The translations under genes and the position numbers were made by a program. The notes under the pieces are model-generated. The model was not told the DNA's origin. It ran no database searches and worked only from the letters and a program-made list of their open reading frames with translations. DNA of 8,443 nucleotides from Naegleria gruberi (lineage: Eukaryota), in NCBI GenBank assembly GCA_000004985.1, contig GG739070.1, one strand, 5' to 3'. This document shows positions 1 through 8,074 of the stretch, one piece after another. Positions within the stretch are counted from its first letter, which is position 1, and the number at the start of each line of letters is the position of its first letter.

Positions 1-332
1 ATACTCTCATTAACCAGAATGTCAGGTGTAATTGGCTTAAGGTATTTTTGAGGAATTTGATTTTGAATAGTAAATTTACAATAATACAATACTGGATACA
101 CCTTCAAACAGTTGTGTACTAGGTATGAGTAGAAGTAAAGAAGATGTTTTTCCATAACTACGACATACACTTCATCAAGTGAACATTTCAAGCAAAGATC
201 CAATAACAGAGCCTGCACTGAGGTTGGAATGGCAACATATTTGCCTAAGTGCACGTCTATTTCATGATGAATATTAGGAAGAACACCACAAAACAAATAC
301 TTCCGAAGGTCTGCCAAGTTGACATTTGTCAT
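1..332 (-). CDS. Hypothetical protein, N-terminal part only. The ATG is at 332..330 and the reading frame runs open off the left edge of the window (5' partial in window coordinates, gene continues leftward).
   Basis: I translated the reverse complement of 1..332 by hand. It gives an uninterrupted frame of 110 codons: MTNVNLADLRKYLFCGVLPNIHHEIDVHLGKYVAIPTSVQALLLDLCLKCSLDEVYVVVMEKHLLYFYSYLVHNCLKVYPVLYYCKFTIQNQIPQKYLKPITPDILVNES... An in-frame TAG lies 5 codons upstream of the ATG, so this is the first Met. The context AAAAAAGAA-ATG is A-rich. Codon usage (TTG, AAG, GGT) matches the two other genes. 110 stop-free codons is unlikely by chance in ~30% GC DNA. The ORF track omits it only because it runs off the window. 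No family recognised. Confidence 0.45.
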   Translation of the reverse strand, partial: MTNVNLADLRKYLFCGVLPNIHHEIDVHLGKYVAIPTSVQALLLDLCLKCSLDEVYVVVMEKHLLYFYSYLVHNCLKVYPVLYYCKFTIQNQIPQKYLKPITPDILVNES

Positions 333-1039
333 TTCTTTTTTGTTCTAGTTTTGAAAAGAAATCTTGTAACCATTGGAACTGAAATTATTTTATTAAAAAC
401 TACAAAATAAAATTATTAAAAATAATAACACAAATAAATAAAATCTTTGAAATGTATTATCTTTTTAATCTTATCAGATATTGAGCTAATAATCAGGATA
501 TACTTCGGAATAAAGTACTTGATGGATTTAATTCATAAACATCTTCATGTAAACTTCCAAAATGAAAATTTATATATTTCGAATTGTCAAAGGATGATGA
601 TGCTAACTAACCAACAATTTGCGTAGTAATATTGATCATATATTCAGATAATATATTGGTGTCGATAGTCCATCGCACATTGATTTTCATTTTTATCATT
701 AATTACAAATACGATTTGGTGACAACATATATAGGAGTTGGCAACATCAGAATTTTCCATCTCGATAAAATTTATTCCGTCCAACAATTTACATGACAAA
801 TTTAAAAAAGTAAATTAATAAGAGTGTTTAGAACAATGTCATCTCATGATTTGAAATTAGTCCTTTTTGTTTGTCCACTAGTTTCAAAGTGAAATGAAAC
901 AATTCCCTTTTCTAACAATCAAAAATTGGTGATAAAGGATTCAAATTATTAACAACACTTTTAGTTTTTTAATCTCTCTCAATATCTAATGATCATGTAT
1001 TCTACATTGAACTTAATTATTATTCAACTGCTTCATAGA

Positions 1040-1135
1040 TTGTTGAGAAACTTCCTAATCTTCAATGTACCTCTTTGGGCTCTTCCTCTGGACAATCTCT
1101 TTGAACAATTCATCCTCCATAAGGATGCATTTTCT
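1040..1135 (+). promoter_or_regulatory. Pyrimidine (CT)-rich tract on the GST-gene strand, ~230-330 bp upstream of its ATG. This is the kind of CT-box that positions transcription start sites in many fungal promoters.
   Basis: The sequence cttcctaatcttcaatgtacctctttgggctcttcctctggacaatctctttgaacaattcatcctccat is strongly C+T biased in an otherwise A-rich region. The functional interpretation is inference. Confidence 0.25.
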
Positions 1136-1270
1136 TTCACTTTACAACAAAACTTACAATGTTGCAAATTTCAGAGGACATTTTGCGTGCGTTCAATTTT
1201 TCCTTTAAAATGTCCTCATCACGGAATTTGTTTATTTTTCAAAATCAAAAAAAAATTCAAAAATTAAGCC

Positions 1271-1296
1271 ATCAAGAAATTTGATCAAGAAATTTG
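1271..1296 (+). repeat. Perfect tandem duplication of the 13-mer ATCAAGAAATTTG (2 copies), 72 bp upstream of the GST ATG.
   Basis: Read directly: atcaagaaatttg (1271-1283) and atcaagaaatttg (1284-1296). Confidence 0.6.
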
Positions 1297-1367
1297 CAAT
1301 CGGAAGCAATAAAACTCAAAGCTCTCTGCTACAAAATCAACAACACCAACAACAATATAGAAACAAA

Positions 1368-1674
1368 ATGATCGATCTCTACTCACTTGCTACTCCAAAT
1401 GGTCATAAGATTGCCATTGCTTTGGAAGAAATGGGACTCGAATATAAGGCACACACCATTGATATTAGAAAAGGAGAACAATTTTCTCCAGAATTCTTAA
1501 AGATTTCTCCAAATAATAAGATCCCTGCTATTGTTGATCAGGAAAATGGATTGGCATTGTTTGAATCGGGAGCAATTTTGCAATATTTGGCAGATAAAAG
1601 TGGAAAGTTTATTCCTCCAAAAGGATCAAAGGAATATTATCAATGTTTGCAATGGTTGGCTTGGCAAATTGCTG
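1368..1674 (+). CDS. Glutathione S-transferase, Nu-class / Ure2p-like (E. coli YfcG/YghU-like 'disulfide-bond reductase' type), exon 1. Covers the N-terminal thioredoxin-like domain (aa 1-102 plus the first base of codon 103).
   Basis: The first ATG of the frame is at 1368, in context aaacaaaATG. The 'M' the ORF track places at 1281 is a TTG. Translation: MIDLYSLATPNGHKIAIALEEMGLEYKAHTIDIRKGEQFSPEFLKISPNNKIPAIVDQENGLALFESGAILQYLADKSGKFIPPKGSKEYYQCLQWLAWQIA. From memory this is near-collinear with E. coli YfcG (MIDLYFAPTPNGHKI...GQFRPEFLRISPNNKIPAIVD...LFESGAILLYLAEK...LQWLFWQ) and with yeast Ure2p and fungal Ure2p-class GSTs. The exon ends at a canonical donor G|GTATGT. Confidence 0.85.
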
Positions 1675-1802
1675 GTATGTTTTGAATCACTTGATCAATT
1701 TGGATTAATATTTAATATTTTACAATAATTTTCAATAATTTTACAATATTCAATACATTTAATCCTACTCACTGATATGAATGATCAATGGATGAATAAT
1801 AG
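1675..1802 (+). other. Spliceosomal intron (phase 1, 128 nt) of the GST gene: GTATGT...CTGAT(branch-like)...AATAG.
   Basis: The unspliced reading hits TGA at 1683. Joining 1674 to 1803 gives ...WQIAG-LGPMSGQMGFF, which matches the YfcG/Ure2p motif WQ(V/A)GGLGPMxGQ exactly across the junction. The intron is ~20% GC. Its donor GTATGT is the yeast-type consensus. Confidence 0.8.
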
Positions 1803-2110
1803 GATTGGGACCAATGTCTGGACAAATGGGATTCTTCCACAAATACTGCCCAACTGATGTTCCAGTCGGAAAGGAAAGATACTTGAAAGAAACTCAAAGA
1901 TTGTGGGGAGTTTTGGAAAAGCATTTGGCTGAAGGAGACAAGAAGTATATTATCGGAGATGAATACACCATTGCTGATATGGCTATTTTCCCATGGTTGA
2001 GAGTGTTGCCATTCTATGGTGAACCAGTTGTTGAACAATTCANATGGGAAACCTATCCACACATTAAGGCCTACATTGATAGAGTTGGTGAAAGACCTGC
2101 AGTTCAAAAA
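1803..2110 (+). CDS. GST exon 2 (C-terminal alpha-helical GST domain). 3' partial: the CDS runs into the N gap and perhaps 10-20 codons are missing.
   Basis: Translation (GL)GPMSGQMGFFHKYCPTDVPVGKERYLKETQRLWGVLEKHLAEGDKKYIIGDEYTIADMAIFPWLRVLPFYGEPVVEQFxWETYPHIKAYIDRVGERPAVQK. It matches YfcG/Ure2p blocks (ERYxxETQRLY.VL...SIADIA.WPW..., ...RPA) from memory. The single n at 2043 gives one X. The total so far is 205 aa, against ~215 for YfcG. Confidence 0.85.
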
Positions 2111-5100
2111 NNNNNNNNNNNNNNNNNNNNNNNNNNNNNNNNNNNNNNNNNNNNNNNNNNNNNNNNNNNNNNNNNNNNNNNNNNNNNNNNNNNNNNNNNN
2201 NNNNNNNNNNNNNNNNNNNNNNNNNNNNNNNNNNNNNNNNNNNNNNNNNNNNNNNNNNNNNNNNNNNNNNNNNNNNNNNNNNNNNNNNNNNNNNNNNNNN
2301 NNNNNNNNNNNNNNNNNNNNNNNNNNNNNNNNNNNNNNNNNNNNNNNNNNNNNNNNNNNNNNNNNNNNNNNNNNNNNNNNNNNNNNNNNNNNNNNNNNNN
2401 NNNNNNNNNNNNNNNNNNNNNNNNNNNNNNNNNNNNNNNNNNNNNNNNNNNNNNNNNNNNNNNNNNNNNNNNNNNNNNNNNNNNNNNNNNNNNNNNNNNN
2501 NNNNNNNNNNNNNNNNNNNNNNNNNNNNNNNNNNNNNNNNNNNNNNNNNNNNNNNNNNNNNNNNNNNNNNNNNNNNNNNNNNNNNNNNNNNNNNNNNNNN
2601 NNNNNNNNNNNNNNNNNNNNNNNNNNNNNNNNNNNNNNNNNNNNNNNNNNNNNNNNNNNNNNNNNNNNNNNNNNNNNNNNNNNNNNNNNNNNNNNNNNNN
2701 NNNNNNNNNNNNNNNNNNNNNNNNNNNNNNNNNNNNNNNNNNNNNNNNNNNNNNNNNNNNNNNNNNNNNNNNNNNNNNNNNNNNNNNNNNNNNNNNNNNN
2801 NNNNNNNNNNNNNNNNNNNNNNNNNNNNNNNNNNNNNNNNNNNNNNNNNNNNNNNNNNNNNNNNNNNNNNNNNNNNNNNNNNNNNNNNNNNNNNNNNNNN
2901 NNNNNNNNNNNNNNNNNNNNNNNNNNNNNNNNNNNNNNNNNNNNNNNNNNNNNNNNNNNNNNNNNNNNNNNNNNNNNNNNNNNNNNNNNNNNNNNNNNNN
3001 NNNNNNNNNNNNNNNNNNNNNNNNNNNNNNNNNNNNNNNNNNNNNNNNNNNNNNNNNNNNNNNNNNNNNNNNNNNNNNNNNNNNNNNNNNNNNNNNNNNN
3101 NNNNNNNNNNNNNNNNNNNNNNNNNNNNNNNNNNNNNNNNNNNNNNNNNNNNNNNNNNNNNNNNNNNNNNNNNNNNNNNNNNNNNNNNNNNNNNNNNNNN
3201 NNNNNNNNNNNNNNNNNNNNNNNNNNNNNNNNNNNNNNNNNNNNNNNNNNNNNNNNNNNNNNNNNNNNNNNNNNNNNNNNNNNNNNNNNNNNNNNNNNNN
3301 NNNNNNNNNNNNNNNNNNNNNNNNNNNNNNNNNNNNNNNNNNNNNNNNNNNNNNNNNNNNNNNNNNNNNNNNNNNNNNNNNNNNNNNNNNNNNNNNNNNN
3401 NNNNNNNNNNNNNNNNNNNNNNNNNNNNNNNNNNNNNNNNNNNNNNNNNNNNNNNNNNNNNNNNNNNNNNNNNNNNNNNNNNNNNNNNNNNNNNNNNNNN
3501 NNNNNNNNNNNNNNNNNNNNNNNNNNNNNNNNNNNNNNNNNNNNNNNNNNNNNNNNNNNNNNNNNNNNNNNNNNNNNNNNNNNNNNNNNNNNNNNNNNNN
3601 NNNNNNNNNNNNNNNNNNNNNNNNNNNNNNNNNNNNNNNNNNNNNNNNNNNNNNNNNNNNNNNNNNNNNNNNNNNNNNNNNNNNNNNNNNNNNNNNNNNN
3701 NNNNNNNNNNNNNNNNNNNNNNNNNNNNNNNNNNNNNNNNNNNNNNNNNNNNNNNNNNNNNNNNNNNNNNNNNNNNNNNNNNNNNNNNNNNNNNNNNNNN
3801 NNNNNNNNNNNNNNNNNNNNNNNNNNNNNNNNNNNNNNNNNNNNNNNNNNNNNNNNNNNNNNNNNNNNNNNNNNNNNNNNNNNNNNNNNNNNNNNNNNNN
3901 NNNNNNNNNNNNNNNNNNNNNNNNNNNNNNNNNNNNNNNNNNNNNNNNNNNNNNNNNNNNNNNNNNNNNNNNNNNNNNNNNNNNNNNNNNNNNNNNNNNN
4001 NNNNNNNNNNNNNNNNNNNNNNNNNNNNNNNNNNNNNNNNNNNNNNNNNNNNNNNNNNNNNNNNNNNNNNNNNNNNNNNNNNNNNNNNNNNNNNNNNNNN
4101 NNNNNNNNNNNNNNNNNNNNNNNNNNNNNNNNNNNNNNNNNNNNNNNNNNNNNNNNNNNNNNNNNNNNNNNNNNNNNNNNNNNNNNNNNNNNNNNNNNNN
4201 NNNNNNNNNNNNNNNNNNNNNNNNNNNNNNNNNNNNNNNNNNNNNNNNNNNNNNNNNNNNNNNNNNNNNNNNNNNNNNNNNNNNNNNNNNNNNNNNNNNN
4301 NNNNNNNNNNNNNNNNNNNNNNNNNNNNNNNNNNNNNNNNNNNNNNNNNNNNNNNNNNNNNNNNNNNNNNNNNNNNNNNNNNNNNNNNNNNNNNNNNNNN
4401 NNNNNNNNNNNNNNNNNNNNNNNNNNNNNNNNNNNNNNNNNNNNNNNNNNNNNNNNNNNNNNNNNNNNNNNNNNNNNNNNNNNNNNNNNNNNNNNNNNNN
4501 NNNNNNNNNNNNNNNNNNNNNNNNNNNNNNNNNNNNNNNNNNNNNNNNNNNNNNNNNNNNNNNNNNNNNNNNNNNNNNNNNNNNNNNNNNNNNNNNNNNN
4601 NNNNNNNNNNNNNNNNNNNNNNNNNNNNNNNNNNNNNNNNNNNNNNNNNNNNNNNNNNNNNNNNNNNNNNNNNNNNNNNNNNNNNNNNNNNNNNNNNNNN
4701 NNNNNNNNNNNNNNNNNNNNNNNNNNNNNNNNNNNNNNNNNNNNNNNNNNNNNNNNNNNNNNNNNNNNNNNNNNNNNNNNNNNNNNNNNNNNNNNNNNNN
4801 NNNNNNNNNNNNNNNNNNNNNNNNNNNNNNNNNNNNNNNNNNNNNNNNNNNNNNNNNNNNNNNNNNNNNNNNNNNNNNNNNNNNNNNNNNNNNNNNNNNN
4901 NNNNNNNNNNNNNNNNNNNNNNNNNNNNNNNNNNNNNNNNNNNNNNNNNNNNNNNNNNNNNNNNNNNNNNNNNNNNNNNNNNNNNNNNNNNNNNNNNNNN
5001 NNNNNNNNNNNNNNNNNNNNNNNNNNNNNNNNNNNNNNNNNNNNNNNNNNNNNNNNNNNNNNNNNNNNNNNNNNNNNNNNNNNNNNNNNNNNNNNNNNNN

Positions 5101-6990
5101 NNNNNNNNNNNNNNNNNNNNNNNNNNNNNNNNNNNNNNNNNNNNNNNNNNNNNNNNNNNNNNNNNNNNNNNNNNNNNNNNNNNNNNNNNNNNNNNNNNNN
5201 NNNNNNNNNNNNNNNNNNNNNNNNNNNNNNNNNNNNNNNNNNNNNNNNNNNNNNNNNNNNNNNNNNNNNNNNNNNNNNNNNNNNNNNNNNNNNNNNNNNN
5301 NNNNNNNNNNNNNNNNNNNNNNNNNNNNNNNNNNNNNNNNNNNNNNNNNNNNNNNNNNNNNNNNNNNNNNNNNNNNNNNNNNNNNNNNNNNNNNNNNNNN
5401 NNNNNNNNNNNNNNNNNNNNNNNNNNNNNNNNNNNNNNNNNNNNNNNNNNNNNNNNNNNNNNNNNNNNNNNNNNNNNNNNNNNNNNNNNNNNNNNNNNNN
5501 NNNNNNNNNNNNNNNNNNNNNNNNNNNNNNNNNNNNNNNNNNNNNNNNNNNNNNNNNNNNNNNNNNNNNNNNNNNNNNNNNNNNNNNNNNNNNNNNNNNN
5601 NNNNNNNNNNNNNNNNNNNNNNNNNNNNNNNNNNNNNNNNNNNNNNNNNNNNNNNNNNNNNNNNNNNNNNNNNNNNNNNNNNNNNNNNNNNNNNNNNNNN
5701 NNNNNNNNNNNNNNNNNNNNNNNNNNNNNNNNNNNNNNNNNNNNNNNNNNNNNNNNNNNNNNNNNNNNNNNNNNNNNNNNNNNNNNNNNNNNNNNNNNNN
5801 NNNNNNNNNNNNNNNNNNNNNNNNNNNNNNNNNNNNNNNNNNNNNNNNNNNNNNNNNNNNNNNNNNNNNNNNNNNNNNNNNNNNNNNNNNNNNNNNNNNN
5901 NNNNNNNNNNNNNNNNNNNNNNNNNNNNNNNNNNNNNNNNNNNNNNNNNNNNNNNNNNNNNNNNNNNNNNNNNNNNNNNNNNNNNNNNNNNNNNNNNNNN
6001 NNNNNNNNNNNNNNNNNNNNNNNNNNNNNNNNNNNNNNNNNNNNNNNNNNNNNNNNNNNNNNNNNNNNNNNNNNNNNNNNNNNNNNNNNNNNNNNNNNNN
6101 NNNNNNNNNNNNNNNNNNNNNNNNNNNNNNNNNNNNNNNNNNNNNNNNNNNNNNNNNNNNNNNNNNNNNNNNNNNNNNNNNNNNNNNNNNNNNNNNNNNN
6201 NNNNNNNNNNNNNNNNNNNNNNNNNNNNNNNNNNNNNNNNNNNNNNNNNNNNNNNNNNNNNNNNNNNNNNNNNNNNNNNNNNNNNNNNNNNNNNNNNNNN
6301 NNNNNNNNNNNNNNNNNNNNNNNNNNNNNNNNNNNNNNNNNNNNNNNNNNNNNNNNNNNNNNNNNNNNNNNNNNNNNNNNNNNNNNNNNNNNNNNNNNNN
6401 NNNNNNNNNNNNNNNNNNNNNNNNNNNNNNNNNNNNNNNNNNNNNNNNNNNNNNNNNNNNNNNNNNNNNNNNNNNNNNNNNNNNNNNNNNNNNNNNNNNN
6501 NNNNNNNNNNNNNNNNNNNNNNNNNNNNNNNNNNNNNNNNNNNNNNNNNNNNNNNNNNNNNNNNNNNNNNNNNNNNNNNNNNNNNNNNNNNNNNNNNNNN
6601 NNNNNNNNNNNNNNNNNNNNNNNNNNNNNNNNNNNNNNNNNNNNNNNNNNNNNNNNNNNNNNNNNNNNNNNNNNNNNNNNNNNNNNNNNNNNNNNNNNNN
6701 NNNNNNNNNNNNNNNNNNNNNNNNNNNNNNNNNNNNNNNNNNNNNNNNNNNNNNNNNNNNNNNNNNNNNNNNNNNNNNNNNNNNNNNNNNNNNNNNNNNN
6801 NNNNNNNNNNNNNNNNNNNNNNNNNNNNNNNNNNNNNNNNNNNNNNNNNNNNNNNNNNNNNNNNNNNNNNNNNNNNNNNNNNNNNNNNNNNNNNNNNNNN
6901 NNNNNNNNNNNNNNNNNNNNNNNNNNNNNNNNNNNNNNNNNNNNNNNNNNNNNNNNNNNNNNNNNNNNNNNNNNNNNNNNNNNNNNNNNN
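2111..6990. other. Assembly/scaffold gap or hard-masked block: 4880 consecutive N, plus an isolated n at 2043.
   Basis: Read directly. The 3' ends of both convergent flanking genes (GST on plus, BTB gene on minus) fall inside it. Confidence 0.99.
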
Positions 6991-7053
6991 CAGCGTATCA
7001 GAAGTAATTTCATTCCATTTTCCAATAACTTTCCATCTCGTATGTAATTTAAT
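6991..7053 (-). CDS. BTB/KCTD-like gene, exon 2 (continues the BTB fold). 3' partial: runs into the N gap.
   Basis: After splicing, base 7053 completes codon AT|A. The frame then reads I-LNYIRDGKLLENGMKLLLIR. Together with the exon 1 end (..FIDRDPKYFRY) this gives FRYILNYIRDGKL, the hallmark T1/BTB_2 motif FRYILNYLRDGKL. The ORF-track entry 2064..7025 (MENGMKLLLIR...) is this same frame. Its 'M' is a TTG. Confidence 0.7.
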
Positions 7054-7136
7054 CTGTGTTAAATTATTATTATATTCATTATTTGAAGGTAAAATAAATA
7101 TTAATTATTATTGATTTTCCTTAATCAAAAACCTAC
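7054..7136 (-). other. Spliceosomal intron (83 nt, phase 2) of the BTB/KCTD-like gene. Minus-strand sequence GTAGGT...TTTAAC(branch-like)ACAG.
   Basis: Exon 1 ends ...TTT AGA TAC AT|GTAGGT. Reading through unspliced gives ATG TAG (FRYM*) and truncates the BTB domain ~50 residues early. The acceptor is ...aatttaacacag| at 7054. It is 84% A+T. Confidence 0.7.
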
Positions 7137-7948
7137 ATGTATCTAAAATATTTTGGATCTCTATCTATAAATACATGACCATTGTCATCTCTCAGCACTG
7201 TATCCTTCTCCGAAAATACTAATGAAAAAAGTGATTCACATCCTCGTAGTGTCTTGCTCGTTGTTTGAAATATTTGACCTCCAACATTAAGCGTCACTAC
7301 CCTATTACTTGAGGTCCTCTTTGGTTTTGTTACTTCGGGTATTGATGAAACAGTCCTCCTCAAACTTGGTTTTTCTTCTCCTGTTATAACTCCTCTAGAA
7401 GATGATGATTGTGGTTCATTTGCAAAATTCACAGTTGCCATTTTTTCAATTTCATTTAAATTATTAATTGTCCTAGATGATGATGGTTCTCTATTTGGTT
7501 GTTGTTTTTCTCTAGTTTGTTCCCTAGTTGTTGTTGAAGTTACAATATTATTTTTGGTATTATTATTATTTTGATTTGTATTAATAGTGGAAGGACTCAT
7601 TGTCTTCATTATTGATTTGAGTATTCCTTTAGATTTGGGCGATAATTCATCTAATTTTTTAACTGCTTCCTCGTAGGTTAATTGGTGATCTTCCGATGGT
7701 GATGGTGTTACTGGTTTTGCCGATGAAGATTTCCGATGATTGCCAGATGATCTTTGATTTGAAGATGATGATAATTGCTGCTCTACAAAAGGAGAAGATC
7801 GTTTTGGAACGCTGCTACTCCGATGTGGAGAGGAATGAGGTTTACTTGCTGTTGCCATCTCATCAATAGATGCCGTATAGTTACTCCTTGAAGAGGATTT
7901 TCCTATTTGTTCTGGACATCCTCTGTCGTTCCTAGTTGATGTGCTCAT
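7137..7948 (-). CDS. BTB/POZ (K+-channel-tetramerisation T1 / KCTD-type, possibly Whi2-like) domain protein, exon 1. It covers ~200 aa of Ser/Asn/Thr-rich disordered N-terminus and then the first half of the BTB domain.
   Basis: The real ATG is at 7948..7946 (MSTSTRNDRG...). The track's first 'M' at 7951 is a TTG. An in-frame TAA lies 8 codons upstream. The C-terminal part is RVVTLNVGGQIFQTTSKTLRGCESLFSLVFSEKDTVLRDDNGHVFIDRDPKYFRY. Compare the KCTD1 T1 domain: VHIDVGGHMYTSSLATL...HYFIDRDGQMFRYILNFLR. The N-terminus carries low-complexity runs (SSSSNQRSSG, NTNQNNNNTKNN, QSSSSRG). Confidence 0.8.
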
Positions 7949-7976
7949 CAATTTTTTTTTTGATTTTATTGTTTAA

Positions 7977-8000
7977 GATTTTGGCGGGTGATTTTGGCGG
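7977..8000. promoter_or_regulatory. Duplicated GC-rich 11-mer GATTTTGGCGG (x2, period 13), ~30-55 bp upstream of the BTB-gene ATG. It reads CCGCCAAAATC on the gene strand. Candidate transcription-factor site (E2F-like TTTGGCGG core).
   Basis: Read directly: gattttggcgg (7977-7987), gt, gattttggcgg (7990-8000). It is the only GC-rich island in an ~85% A+T intergenic stretch. Its function is inferred. Confidence 0.3.
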
Positions 8001-8074
8001 TTGATTACATACTCCAAAGATGATTTACTTGTCAATCAGCAAAACACATTTATGAAGTGGAACATGAACTGAGC

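Larger units (their letters stand above)
333..1367. promoter_or_regulatory. ~1 kb AT-rich divergent intergenic region between two head-to-head genes (minus-strand gene starting at 332, GST gene starting at 1368). Presumably a bidirectional promoter plus both 5' UTRs.
   Basis: No convincing ORF on either strand. Composition is extremely A+T rich with A-runs. A TATATA sits at 728-733. The leader just before the GST ATG (1200-1367) is A/C-rich and T-poor. The head-to-head arrangement is read directly from the two CDS calls. Confidence 0.4.

Noticed and set aside
727-735. TATATAGG TATA-box-like element.
   Set aside because: It lies ~640 bp from the GST ATG and ~400 bp from the divergent gene's ATG. 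That is too far to assign to either core promoter without TSS data. TATA-like strings are frequent in 80% A+T DNA.
1140-1181. Minus-strand mini-ORF ATGTCCTCTGAAATTTGCAACATT followed immediately by a canonical GTAAGT donor.
   Set aside because: The downstream 'exon' after any plausible AG is only a few codons before stops. There is no recognisable product. A single good hexamer in 1 kb of AT-rich DNA is expected by chance.
989-1267. 92-aa ORF MIMYSTLNLIIIQLLHRLL...
   Set aside because: It lies in the CT-rich promoter tract, where pyrimidine bias suppresses stop codons. The product is hydrophobic low-complexity. Its codon usage is unlike the neighbouring genes, and it sits in the 5' flank of the GST gene.
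1209-1367. An in-frame open leader upstream of the GST ATG reading ...MIKKFAIGSNKTQSSLLQNQQHQQQYRNK-MIDLY. It is Q/N-rich and reminiscent of the Ure2p prion-domain extension.
   Set aside because: The 'M' at 1281 in the track is a TTG, not ATG, and there is no ATG anywhere in this frame before 1368. The leader is A/C-rich and T-poor, which by itself removes stop codons (all need T) and generates CAA/AAC codons. There is no evidence for non-AUG initiation. Noted only as a curiosity.
1769-2107. 112-aa minus-strand ORF antisense to GST exon 2, and the 65-aa plus-strand ORF 1531..1728.
   Set aside because: Both overlap a CDS that matches a known family strongly, in another frame or strand. Neither has a recognisable family, and the second runs through the intron.
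1805-7114. Three giant ORFs (1805..7114 +, 2016..7007 +, 2064..7025 -) of 1650-1770 aa.
   Set aside because: They are open only because 4880 N translate to X. The real coding parts are the GST exon 2 (1803..2110) and BTB exon 2 (6991..7053) at their ends. The + strand tail SVSEVISFHFPITFHL... and the 2016 frame are not coding.
7951-7966. T10 homopolymer (attttttttt tgatttt) next to the BTB gene start as a possible Pol III terminator or slippage-prone tract.
   Set aside because: On the gene strand it is simply the A-rich 5' leader (AAAAAAAAATTG-ATG). It is on the wrong side and strand for the tRNA and needs no special explanation.
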